This document shows, in pieces, positions 37,802 to 47,244 of a DNA stretch of 64,000 bases (positions are counted from its first letter, which is position 1; each line of letters begins with the position of its first letter). The DNA comes from a bacterium (GTDB lineage Bacteria; UBA8248): positions 576,001 through 640,000 of the forward strand of contig CBDATS010000005.1 of NCBI GenBank assembly GCA_965200245.1. The letters are read 5' to 3'. A program made the position numbers and the translations under genes. The notes under the pieces are model-generated. The model was not told the DNA's origin. It did no database searches and saw only the letters and a list, made by a program, of their open reading frames with translations.

Positions 37802-38164
37802 TTATTCCATGCTTCCGAGCCCAATTTCCACATACACTATTTGCTCGGGTTCCGGAAAAACCATTTCCAATTTTTTTCGTGCAATCGACTCGATACGATC
37901 CAACTGCCGAAGCGCGGCCACTTCTATCCGCAAGACGCGCCTCTCCTGCAGCAACTTTTCCCTTTGACTTTCCAAATGCGCAAGGTGGTAGCCGATCTTC
38001 ACCATTTCCAGATGCGGCCACACCAAAGCGGCGGCACTGCACGCGATAAAAGTGATGCACAGGCCAACCTTTAACAGCGAAACGTCCGTGCCTGTGGACG
38101 CCTTGTCGTAAAAACGCGCAGTGAATTTTTCCCGCCAACCGCGTCTGCTTTTTGAGCGCCTCAT
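37802..38164 (-). CDS. ftsL: Cell division protein FtsL
   Basis: Short protein with a TM helix and leucine-rich coil (RIESIARKKLEM), between rsmH and ftsI. Confidence 0.85.
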   Translation of the reverse strand: MRRSKSRRGWREKFTARFYDKASTGTDVSLLKVGLCITFIACSAAALVWPHLEMVKIGYHLAHLESQREKLLQERRVLRIEVAALRQLDRIESIARKKLEMVFPEPEQIVYVEIGLGSME

Positions 38165-39165
38165 TCCCCAGACTTCCCGAGGCGCTCGGCGGCACGCAGT
38201 TTCGCACTGCGGCTACGCGGATTTTCCCTCACTTCCGATGTATCAGGCCGTACGACCCTGCGCGTCAGAATTTCGAGGGTCGGAGCCTCGCCGCCCGAAA
38301 GTTCGCGGAAGAGATTCTTGACGATTCTATCTTCCAGCGAATGAAAGCTGATGACGACGATGCGTCCGCCCGGACGCAGGATATCTACCGCATCGCGCAG
38401 AGAACCCTCGAGTGTCTCTATCTCGCGGTTCACAGCGACCCGCAGTGCCTGAAATGTCCGGGTCGCGGGGTGGATGCGCCAACGCCTCCCGCTGCGGCCG
38501 CTCCTTCTGACTGCGACCGAGGCAATGAGCGATGCGAGTTCATCGCAACGCTTCAGGCCGCCATGCGCGCGCGCCCGCCCGATAGCGCGCGCGATGGCGC
38601 GGGAGTGGCGCTCTTCTCCGTATCGATAGATGAGATCAGCGAGTTCTTTTTCAGATAATTGCTCGATCAGGTCGCCCGCTGTCGTTCCCTGTGTTTGATC
38701 CATTCGCATATCCAAAGACTCGGGAGCGTCCATGCGAAACCCGCGGCCAGGCGTGTCGAGTTGCATCGCAGAGGGGCCGAGATCGAACAAAACGCCGTCG
38801 ACCGCCTCATGACCCTCCGCCTTTACGATGCGCTTTATTTCACCATGATGTGCGTGATGAATTCTGGCGGCAGACCCGTATTTCGCCAGCCGCTTCGTAC
38901 AGATATCGACGGCATCCCTGTCCCGGTCACAGCCGATCAGCACACCCGATGGCTGAACCGCATCCAAAACCGAAACGCCATGTCCCCCTCCGCCCAAGGT
39001 AGTATCTAAGAACACAGCGCCCGGAGATGGCGCCAGGAAGCGCAAAACCTCCTGAACCATGACCGGAACGTGAGATGCCGTCCTTTCCACGTTTTCACCG
39101 CAAAAGATTTCTTCTGCGACATATTCGCTTGAAATGTTTTTTTCCAGTGCGGCAAACACCCCCAC
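38161..39165 (-). CDS. rsmH: 16S rRNA m4C1402 methyltransferase
   Basis: HVPV, DTTLGGGGH, LDMRMD, HPATRTFQALR, SFHSLEDR, NPRSRSAKLR. Confidence 0.97.
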   Translation of the reverse strand: MGVFAALEKNISSEYVAEEIFCGENVERTASHVPVMVQEVLRFLAPSPGAVFLDTTLGGGGHGVSVLDAVQPSGVLIGCDRDRDAVDICTKRLAKYGSAARIHHAHHGEIKRIVKAEGHEAVDGVLFDLGPSAMQLDTPGRGFRMDAPESLDMRMDQTQGTTAGDLIEQLSEKELADLIYRYGEERHSRAIARAIGRARAHGGLKRCDELASLIASVAVRRSGRSGRRWRIHPATRTFQALRVAVNREIETLEGSLRDAVDILRPGGRIVVISFHSLEDRIVKNLFRELSGGEAPTLEILTRRVVRPDTSEVRENPRSRSAKLRAAERLGKSGE

Positions 39166-39182
39166 TCCCCCTTAAGCCCGCA

Positions 39183-39641
39183 TTAAAATTCGAATTCGAT
39201 CAAATCTTCAGCAGACTCCTCTTCGGTAACCCCGGGCCCCCCATCATCTACCTCACCCATTTCCTCGTTCCATTTCGCCTTGTCCCAAATCTCCAGCCTG
39301 TTTTCGATGCCCGCGACAACGGCATCCTTTTCGATAGAAGTTTTTGCGCGCAACTCAGCGGGCAGGAGAATTCTGCCCTGCCGGTCGAACTCGCAAGATT
39401 CAGCGCGGCCATAGAGTCTTCTGAGCGTACGCCGAACCTCTTTCGAGGCTGTAGAGAGTTCCTCAAGTTTCTCGCTGAATTTGCGTTTCCATTCCTGAAC
39501 GGGATAAACGAAGATACAACCATCCTTGGTGATGAGAATGACCTGATCGCCATATGTGGCGCTTAGGTGCTCCCTGAACCTCGCCGGAATACTGACGCGG
39601 CCTTTTGCATCCACCGTTACTGGATGGGCACTGATGAGCAT
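39183..39641 (-). CDS. mraZ: Transcriptional regulator MraZ
   Basis: DAKGRVSIP and DRQGRILLP repeats, LEIWD; ATG 39641 preceded by AGGTGAG. Confidence 0.95.
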   Translation of the reverse strand: MLISAHPVTVDAKGRVSIPARFREHLSATYGDQVILITKDGCIFVYPVQEWKRKFSEKLEELSTASKEVRRTLRRLYGRAESCEFDRQGRILLPAELRAKTSIEKDAVVAGIENRLEIWDKAKWNEEMGEVDDGGPGVTEEESAEDLIEFEF

Positions 39642-39653
39642 CTCACCTGTAAC

Positions 39654-39680
39654 TCCCACTTTATCCCATAATTTCCCACT
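39654..39680 (-). promoter_or_regulatory. MraZ operator (three TGGGA direct repeats at 10-bp period)
   Basis: Minus strand GTGGGAAATT-ATGGGATAAA-GTGGGAG between the promoter and the mraZ start; matches the known TGGGN-repeat MraZ box. Confidence 0.8.
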
Positions 39681-39691
39681 GAATATTACCC

Positions 39692-39720
39692 TTTATACTG
39701 CGAGGCCAAGTGCCTGTCAA
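39692..39720 (-). promoter_or_regulatory. Sigma70 promoter of the dcw operon
   Basis: TTGACA-17 bp-TATAAA with very AT-rich upstream DNA. Confidence 0.8.
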
Positions 39721-40459
39721 CAGAAAATTTTAGAAAATCAGTAAAAACAAATGTTTTTAGCAGAAAAGTCAGGAAAAATATCATGTATTTTACGACAAAA
39801 TCGTGCTATTTTCAGTGGAATTATTTAATATATAACATTAATAAAATATTATAATATATTGAATTTATTTAATTAAAAAAATTAAGTGGGTTGAAGTGGG
39901 GTGAAATTAAAAACATCAGGGTAAAAGGAGTATTCTTTGTCAATAAGGGAAAAGAGCAAGCGTCACTGTTCTCGACGATTTCTCTCGTGGCGCCAAGTGC
40001 GTATGTCTCGCCTTTGTTTGTGTCCGAATTGCAGGGAAACGCGTGATGTCCTGTGTAACACACAGGACCACGACGGCCAGAAAAACCCCCAGAATTATTC
40101 CAGCAAAATATAAAGCAACAGAAACCAAACAAGTATACTAATGCCCATCTCGCAGACTAGAGGGCCGGGAGAATATCCAACCGCCGCCCGGCGTTTCCTG
40201 GGCAGATGGAGACGAGATGAGAAGTATGCCATCGCCGCGCGTCTTTTGAGAGTCGCTGGGCTTCAGGGCTTCAATACGCTGTACGTGCGGATTGAATATC
40301 AACGAGTGGCCCCCCCCCGCGCACATATTCCGACAGGCGCGCATCATTTCCAGGTTTGGGGATTCAAGGGAAAGACAAGGAGAGAGGCGCGATATCCCTC
40401 TCAATGGGGCGATACCCCTTCAGAACGAGACCCCGAGGCATCCACCCCATTGAAAGGAA

Positions 40460-41332
40460 TCAAAAACAATGTTCTTCCGCCGGAAACATGCCTTCCCGCA
40501 CTTCCCGGCAGTAACGATCCAGTGCGTCAGTGGTCATGCGCCCCACATCCGCGTATACCTTGACGAATTTCGGCGTGAAATCGTTGAACAGGCCAAGCAT
40601 GTCGTGGGTGACGAGCACCTGACCGTCACAATCGGGGCCTGCTCCGATGCCGATAGTGGGGATGTCGACTTCACGCGTTATACGGACTCCCAAGACCGCT
40701 GGTATACCTTCGAGCACGATGGAAAACGCGCCGCTCTCCTGCACTGCCACTGCGTCGCGCAGCACCTGATCCGCTTCCTCATCTGTTTTTCCCTGCACCT
40801 TGAAACCGCCGAAGGCATGAACACTCTGGGGCGTGAGACCCACGTGCCCCATCACGGGAATCTGGCTGTCCACCACCGCACGAATCTCGTCCTTGACGCG
40901 AACGCCGCCTTCTAACTTCACCGCTTCAGCGCAGCCTTTCTGGATAAGACAACCTGCGTTCATGACGGTGTCACGCGCATTGACGCCGAAGCTCAGAAAC
41001 GGCAGATCGGCGACAAGCAACGCTTTGGGGTTCGCACGGCTCACCGCGCGGGTGTGGTGTACCATGTCGTCCAAAGTCACCTTCGTCGTGTCGGGATAGC
41101 CCAAAACCACCATGCCCAGACTGTCACCCACAAGAATGACGTCCACATCGGCATCATCCACGAGTTTCGCTGTGGGGTAGTCGTACGCTGTGACGGAGGT
41201 GATCTTCTTTCCACCCTTTCGCGCACGAATGGTGGCGGTGGTGACTTTTCTACGTGTTTTCTTGTACGCGCCGTTTCCGTTGATCGAATTTCTACCGTTG
41301 GAATACAGTTTCTCAAGGCTTTTTGTGCTCAT
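40460..41332 (-). CDS. panB: 3-methyl-2-oxobutanoate hydroxymethyltransferase
   Basis: TAYD, LVGDSLG, VKLEGG, GHVGLTPQ, IGIGAG, GQVLV. Confidence 0.97.
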   Translation of the reverse strand: MSTKSLEKLYSNGRNSINGNGAYKKTRRKVTTATIRARKGGKKITSVTAYDYPTAKLVDDADVDVILVGDSLGMVVLGYPDTTKVTLDDMVHHTRAVSRANPKALLVADLPFLSFGVNARDTVMNAGCLIQKGCAEAVKLEGGVRVKDEIRAVVDSQIPVMGHVGLTPQSVHAFGGFKVQGKTDEEADQVLRDAVAVQESGAFSIVLEGIPAVLGVRITREVDIPTIGIGAGPDCDGQVLVTHDMLGLFNDFTPKFVKVYADVGRMTTDALDRYCREVREGMFPAEEHCF

Positions 41333-41467
41333 GGTCGCTCCCTCCATGGGTGAACGCCTGCAGGAAATTGACTTCGATGCCAAATTTTTTCGTTCATGTG
41401 TCCAAGGCCATCAGCTCTCGGCACAGTTTACCAAGATCAAACACTCTCCTCGCCGGCAAGATGCGAA

Positions 41468-42427
41468 TTACTTTTTGCGCTGCATGGAATCTTGTTCATG
41501 GGACAATACCTGATAATACAACGATTTATGGGTTGAAAACAAGACACCTCGCGCATCTGCGCGCTCAATGAAGCGTCCCGTGATTTCGCGGATTTCACTT
41601 CGGCGGCCTCGCATCAAATCCTGCCACATCGAATTTCTGTTGCCAGCCGTGGCGCGGGCAGTTTCGCGAACAATTTCGAGAACATCAAGCGCCATGCCTT
41701 CTGAGTCAATGAGTGCTTGCAATTCTTCCGCCAGAGCGTCCACAAGCACGGCGGAGGCGCGTGTTTCCAGCAACTCGCCGTTTCTGAGTTCAAGCGCAGT
41801 TCCCAAGGTATTGATAACGGCGTTGGCTACTGCCTTTCTCCATTCCGCCTCCTTGCCGTCTTGTTTTTGTCGGACCCGAATCCCCAAAGGCTGCAGAAAT
41901 TCCGCTAACCGCCCCACCAACTGGGCGTCCCTAGCTGCTCCCGGCTCGGGCGCCAAAGTGACGTCCAGCGCACCGAACTGGTTTACGTGTCCCGGTTTTG
42001 TGATTTCCGCTCCCGTATTGACGAGACCTCTCACGACCCCGCGCTTCTGGAAGGAGAGCGGGAGGTCTTTACAGACGTCCAATCCATTCGAGAAAACGGC
42101 CGTGATCGTTTCACTACCCATCGTTTCGAAAAATTCATCAGCCGCCTCTGCAATTCGACCCGCCTTCACGGTGAAGAAAAGGTGCGAGGCTATAAGCTTT
42201 ACGGCTCCCTTGCATACCCGTGGTCGAGCGGTATAAGTCACCTCGCCGTGAATATGGACGCCGTCTTTTTCAATTTCATCCAGATGCGCGGAAGTTTCCG
42301 AGCTTGAATTCGCGGAACCTACCAGATAAACGCAACTCTCGGAAAGGTTTTTCTGCAACTGCGCCGCAAGCATGGTTCCCATAGCACCGGGGCCAGCAAC
42401 AACGATGGCTCGAGTATTTTCTGTCAA
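41468..42427 (-). CDS. panE: 2-dehydropantoate 2-reductase
   Basis: GPGAMG, WRKAVANAVIN, NSMWQD, SEIREITG; adjacent to panB. Confidence 0.88.
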   Translation of the reverse strand: MTENTRAIVVAGPGAMGTMLAAQLQKNLSESCVYLVGSANSSSETSAHLDEIEKDGVHIHGEVTYTARPRVCKGAVKLIASHLFFTVKAGRIAEAADEFFETMGSETITAVFSNGLDVCKDLPLSFQKRGVVRGLVNTGAEITKPGHVNQFGALDVTLAPEPGAARDAQLVGRLAEFLQPLGIRVRQKQDGKEAEWRKAVANAVINTLGTALELRNGELLETRASAVLVDALAEELQALIDSEGMALDVLEIVRETARATAGNRNSMWQDLMRGRRSEIREITGRFIERADARGVLFSTHKSLYYQVLSHEQDSMQRKK

Positions 42428-42436
42428 GAGTCACAC

Positions 42437-43297
42437 CTAGCTGCCAAGGGAGCGCCAGAGGAGCAAAACACCCACGAAGATGAAGATGAAGGCCAGGAAC
42501 ATCTTCATCTTCTCACCGTCGACGCGGTTGTTGATAAAGGGGGATGTCTGACCGCCGCAGGCAACCGCGGGAATCGTCATGAACAGGATGTTCCAGTGCA
42601 CGTTCACCTCGTCGGAATAAAACACGTAGGCGTGCACCAAGGTGGCAGGCAACACCGTAGCGAAGACAATAAGAATTCCCGTGCCCACAGCGACGCGGAC
42701 AGGCAGTTTGTCCTTCACGATCAGGGCTGTGGTCGTGAGTTCACCAATGCCGACGCCTGTAAACCCCACGAGAACACCGCCAAAGGCCGACCAGCTATAT
42801 CCGAAGACCCCGTGTTCGTAACGGTACCAATACTTTCTGCCAGCCGTATCCATGCGGGTGGGTATTCCGGCACCCTCCATCTGTTCCGCCTCTTGGATTC
42901 CTCCCTGAAAGTAAGCGAACAGCATGGCAACCGAGAGAAACACCATCATCCCGCCCAGAAAACCCAGAATAAGCTCAGCAGGCACCGAATGGGCTAGGAA
43001 GCCAAACGCCATACCAACGGGAACGGACACGACGAGCACTTTCTTGGCGATAGCGTAATCGACCAGCCCTCTCCTCATATAGCCGATGAGCGCGCTACCG
43101 AAACCGAAAGTCTTGATGAAAAGCGCCAAGAATACGGCTTCCAGCGGAACGATAGTCACCCCCGCCGCCCACGGAAAGAGGAGGACGAATATGGGCACAA
43201 AGAAAACCGCGCTCCCCACGCTCGTGCTCGTCGCCGTAAGGCACACGCAAAACGCGATGGGTAGCATCCACCAGAACTCGAAAATGTATTCTATCAA
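42437..43297 (-). CDS. TSUP (TauE/SafE) family membrane transporter
   Basis: Two-repeat multi-TM protein with G-rich GGVLVGFTGVGIG and AVGT. Confidence 0.8.
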   Translation of the reverse strand: MIEYIFEFWWMLPIAFCVCLTATSTSVGSAVFFVPIFVLLFPWAAGVTIVPLEAVFLALFIKTFGFGSALIGYMRRGLVDYAIAKKVLVVSVPVGMAFGFLAHSVPAELILGFLGGMMVFLSVAMLFAYFQGGIQEAEQMEGAGIPTRMDTAGRKYWYRYEHGVFGYSWSAFGGVLVGFTGVGIGELTTTALIVKDKLPVRVAVGTGILIVFATVLPATLVHAYVFYSDEVNVHWNILFMTIPAVACGGQTSPFINNRVDGEKMKMFLAFIFIFVGVLLLWRSLGS

Positions 43298-43386
43298 GGC
43301 GCCGGTCTTCCTTTATGAAGAACTATTGAGCACAAAACATCAAATCGACTTATGAAGCCGCAGCGGGGAGACAGCATGATCCACCA

Positions 43387-44265
43387 TCAGGAAGCAACGC
43401 TTCCCCGGCGGATGGCCTCGCCCATGCGCACCGCCTCGACGGCCGCCCCCACGTCGTGGGTGCGTATCATGTCCGCACCGCCGACGACGGCGAAAGCCTC
43501 GGCGACTTTCGAGCCAATCAACCGCTCTCCCGCCGCCTCGACGCCCGTAATCACCCCGATGAAACGCTTTCTTGAAACACCGACTACAAGGGGTCGGCCC
43601 AAACCCCTCAGCATATCCAGTTGTCTCAATATCTCAAGATTGTGATTCCAGGATTTCCCGAAACCGACGCCCGGATCGATGAGAACCGAACTTATGCCGT
43701 CGCGTTCGGCCTGAAGCACACTTTCTCGCAGATAGTCGGACAACTCGCCCATGAGGTCTGCGTATTCAGGATTCTCTTGCATTGAGCGCGGCTCGCCCTT
43801 TATGTGCATGGCGACGGCCGCTGCGCCGAACTCGGCGATCACCTCGCGCATATCGGGGTCGTGAAGACCGGTGATATCGTTCACTATATGAGCACCTGCC
43901 TCAAGTGCCACTCTCGCCACACCGGCCTTGGACGTATCCACCGAGACGAGGGGGCCATTTTCCATATCCATTCGCTCTAGAATCGGAAGTATCCGCCGGA
44001 TTTCCTCCACCTCGCCTACTCCACTCGATCCGGGCCTGGTGCTCTCACCGCCCACGTCGATGACGTCAGCACCCTCATCCCTCATCCGCGCGATCTGCTC
44101 AAGCGCTGCATGTAGGTCAAAAAACTCCCCGCCATCCGAAAAGCTGTCGGGTGTGACGTTCAGAACACCCATAACCTGCACCCGCTCGAAACCAAGCTCG
44201 CGTCCACGGCACTTCACGGCGGGCGCGGGAGACCACTTCTCAGGCGCGAAGCGCAGACCATCCAT
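43387..44265 (-). CDS. folP: Dihydropteroate synthase
   Basis: MGVLNVTPDSFSDGG, GGESTRPG, DPGVGFGK, SRKRF, RTHDV. Confidence 0.96.
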   Translation of the reverse strand: MDGLRFAPEKWSPAPAVKCRGRELGFERVQVMGVLNVTPDSFSDGGEFFDLHAALEQIARMRDEGADVIDVGGESTRPGSSGVGEVEEIRRILPILERMDMENGPLVSVDTSKAGVARVALEAGAHIVNDITGLHDPDMREVIAEFGAAAVAMHIKGEPRSMQENPEYADLMGELSDYLRESVLQAERDGISSVLIDPGVGFGKSWNHNLEILRQLDMLRGLGRPLVVGVSRKRFIGVITGVEAAGERLIGSKVAEAFAVVGGADMIRTHDVGAAVEAVRMGEAIRRGSVAS

Positions 44266-45698
44266 CACAGGAACACCCCGGGCGGAAACGCGCTGCCGCT
44301 TTCGACGATTCGTTCCTCGCTTACCCAGCGGCGCCTGAGTTCGCCGGCAAGGAACATCGACCCTATGATAATAACGAGGTCGTTTTCCCCAGCCCCTTCG
44401 AGCGCTTCGTCGAGCGCCACCCATGCGTCGATACGCTTCTCCACGTCGGCGGCCCCTGCCTCTTCGAGGGCGTGCGCGAAAACATCTGGTGAGAGGCCGG
44501 GTCTTGGCGCGCTCGCCGGCGGGAGCGTGACGAAAAACCTGTCGCCCACAGGAGCGAACACTTCCGCCATCCCATTGAAATCTTTGTCGTTCACTGCCCC
44601 GAGAACAAAGATGAGCCGATCGAACGTCCAGTTCGAGACGCCCTCTACCAGTGCCTGCGCCTTATCCCGGTTGTGCGCGCCGTCGAGCAGGACCACAGGG
44701 TTGGACTGCACCAGTTCCATCCGACACGGCAGGCGCGCCGAAGCGATACCCCACCGCACATCACGCTCTCCTAGGCCCAACAGCCGGCATGCTTCGGCGG
44801 CGAGGCCCGCGTTTTGTGCCTGATGGGCACCGGGCATGGCTGTCGAGAGAGTCTCCCACCGGGCGCCGTCTTCGAACGCCAGATCGAAACTAGCGCTATC
44901 GGGTCGTAAGGCGAGGTTCTCGACACGGGGCGGAGGATAAAGGAGAGCATCACGCTCGAAGGCGACACGTTCGATTTCAACGTGCGCCTCGGGTGGAACG
45001 ACCTGCAAGATAACGCGGCCTTTTTCCGTGATGATACCCGCCTTGTCGCGCGCAATCTGTGCAATGGAGTCGCCGAGCAAGTCAGTGTGGTCCAGCCCGA
45101 TTGAGGTGATCATGTCGAGGACGGCGGGTCCCACAGCGTTCGTAGCGTCGAACGCACCGCCTAAACCCGCTTCAAGAACGAGGTATTCGCACTCCTCTTC
45201 TTTGGCCATCAAAAGCAAAAGCGCGAGCGTCGCTTCAAAAAACGATGGCGGCCCAAACTCTGGTTCTCCCGCCATTTGCGCGACGGCTTCAGCAAGACGC
45301 CTCGCGCATCGCCCGATCAGGCCTGCTTCGGCGAAACGGCCCCGAACCCAGAAACGCTCGATGATGGAAGTGAGATGAGGCGAGAAAAAAGCCGCCGTTC
45401 TCTTGCCCGACGCCAAGAGGGACTGTGCCACCATGAGCACAGTCGAGCCCTTCCCACTCGTGCCTACGACGTGGACGACCGATTGCCCCTGCCCGGGCAC
45501 TTCGAGGATTTCGAACAATCGCGCTGCGCGTGCGAGCCCCGGGCCTTCTACCTTGATACCGCGAGGATCGAAACGCCTACGCCAGGATTTCTTGGGAAGC
45601 GCGGCCAAGACGCTCAGAAAAACCTCGATCCGCCGTAGCGTCTCCGTAGGGGCTAGCGATTCTTCCAGAATGGGGGGAGCGAGAATATCTCGGGACAT
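44265..45698 (-). CDS. folC: Folylpolyglutamate synthase / dihydrofolate synthase
   Basis: VGTSGKGS, SPHL, EAGLGG, DATN, LDH, DGAHN. Confidence 0.93.
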   Translation of the reverse strand: MSRDILAPPILEESLAPTETLRRIEVFLSVLAALPKKSWRRRFDPRGIKVEGPGLARAARLFEILEVPGQGQSVVHVVGTSGKGSTVLMVAQSLLASGKRTAAFFSPHLTSIIERFWVRGRFAEAGLIGRCARRLAEAVAQMAGEPEFGPPSFFEATLALLLLMAKEEECEYLVLEAGLGGAFDATNAVGPAVLDMITSIGLDHTDLLGDSIAQIARDKAGIITEKGRVILQVVPPEAHVEIERVAFERDALLYPPPRVENLALRPDSASFDLAFEDGARWETLSTAMPGAHQAQNAGLAAEACRLLGLGERDVRWGIASARLPCRMELVQSNPVVLLDGAHNRDKAQALVEGVSNWTFDRLIFVLGAVNDKDFNGMAEVFAPVGDRFFVTLPPASAPRPGLSPDVFAHALEEAGAADVEKRIDAWVALDEALEGAGENDLVIIIGSMFLAGELRRRWVSEERIVESGSAFPPGVFL

Positions 45699-45699
45699 C

Positions 45700-47241
45700 T
45701 CAATGTCTGAAATGGCGTCTGCCCGTGAAGACCATGGCGATATCGTGCTCGGCCGCTGCCTGGATAACTTCTTCATCGCGCATGGATCCACCCGGCTGGG
45801 CTATCGCCTTCACGCCGTGAGAGGCAGCGGTGTCGATTCCGTCTCGGAACGGGAAAAAGGCATCTGACCCCAAGGCGCATCCTGCAAGCGGCAAAACGGC
45901 GCGCTCTGCAGCCAGTCGGGTGGAGTCTACCCGACTCATCTGGCCCGCGCCAACGCCAACCGTACCATTCTTGTCGGCCATGACGATGGCGTTGCTCTTC
46001 ACGTGGCGTGCTACACGCCAAGCGATCCTGAGTGCTTTTTCCTCATCCATAGAAGGCGCGCGAGAGGTGACGACCTCCCAGCGAAACTCCTGCTCCGAGA
46101 GGCTATCGCGCTCCTGCATTAGCACCCCGCCGGGTATCGAGCGCACTTCCAGCCCGGCGGGTCCGGAATCGCCCCCTAAGCCGTCCATCCGCAGGATTAT
46201 CAGATTCTTTTTTTTCCGCATGATGGCGAGCGCTTCATCATCGAAACCGGGAGCGACAACCACTTCGACGAAGAGGCTTCGCATGGCCTCGGCAGTTTGC
46301 GCGGTAACTTTACGGTTATAGCCGATCACGCTGCCAAAGGCCGAAACTGGATCACACACGAGCGCACGCTCATAAGCGGTCTCTTGGGTATCGCCCAAGC
46401 CTACGCCGCACGGATTGGTGTGCTTGATAATGGCGCAGCCTATGCCTTCGAGATCATGCGCGAGTTCGGCGGCACTGGCAGCGTCCAGAAGATTATTGAA
46501 GGAGAGTTCCTTGCCGCCCAGAACTTCCGCGTCACAAAGAGAAAAACCGCCCCGGGCACCCAAGCGATAGAGCGCGCCCTTCTGGTGTGGATTCTCCCCG
46601 TAGCGAAGCGTCTGAACGCGCTCGAGATCTATCGCAATACGCTCATGAAGTTTGTCTCCCTCGCCATTATCCAGATAACCGGAAATAGCGGCATCATAGC
46701 TCGCCGTGTGGCGAAACGCCTTCAAGGCCAGACCGGTCAGCCAGTCGGACGGAAAATCCCCGCCGTTTCGGACGTGGGCGATGGCGTCAGGGTAATCGCC
46801 TGGATCTACGAGCACAGCCACGCGGCCATGGTTCTTTGAAGCTGCGCGCACCATGGTGGGACCGCCGATGTCAATTTGCTCAATCACCTCCTCACGCGTG
46901 ACACGGGGCTTGGCTGCAACCTCCCGGAAGGGATAGAGATTCACAGCCACCAGATCGATGGGCACGATGTCGTTCGTCAGCATCTCCTCTCTTTGCTCGG
47001 GAAGGAGCGCCAATATGCCCCCCAGCACTTTGGGATGAAGCGTCTTGACGCGCCCGCCCATAATTTCGGGATGCCCCGTATAATCGGAAATCTCCCGTAC
47101 GGAAACGCCCTCATCGCGCAACGATTTCGCCGTACCGCCCGTGGAAAGCACCTCCCAACCTGCCTCGACCAAAGCGGCGCCCAGTCCCACGGCACCTCGC
47201 TTGTCGCTCACACTGATGATAGCGTGGCGTTTCTCGCTCAT
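45700..47241 (-). CDS. purH: Bifunctional AICAR transformylase / IMP cyclohydrolase
   Basis: SVSDK, GRVKTLHP, IDIGGP, RYGENPHQ, KSNAI, SDAFFPF, RHFRH. Confidence 0.98.
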   Translation of the reverse strand: MSEKRHAIISVSDKRGAVGLGAALVEAGWEVLSTGGTAKSLRDEGVSVREISDYTGHPEIMGGRVKTLHPKVLGGILALLPEQREEMLTNDIVPIDLVAVNLYPFREVAAKPRVTREEVIEQIDIGGPTMVRAASKNHGRVAVLVDPGDYPDAIAHVRNGGDFPSDWLTGLALKAFRHTASYDAAISGYLDNGEGDKLHERIAIDLERVQTLRYGENPHQKGALYRLGARGGFSLCDAEVLGGKELSFNNLLDAASAAELAHDLEGIGCAIIKHTNPCGVGLGDTQETAYERALVCDPVSAFGSVIGYNRKVTAQTAEAMRSLFVEVVVAPGFDDEALAIMRKKKNLIILRMDGLGGDSGPAGLEVRSIPGGVLMQERDSLSEQEFRWEVVTSRAPSMDEEKALRIAWRVARHVKSNAIVMADKNGTVGVGAGQMSRVDSTRLAAERAVLPLAGCALGSDAFFPFRDGIDTAASHGVKAIAQPGGSMRDEEVIQAAAEHDIAMVFTGRRHFRH

Positions 47242-47244
47242 GGG

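Noticed and set aside
39720-39920. AT-rich tract as a replication origin
   Set aside because: No DnaA-box cluster or dnaA gene seen; its position upstream of the dcw promoter explains it.
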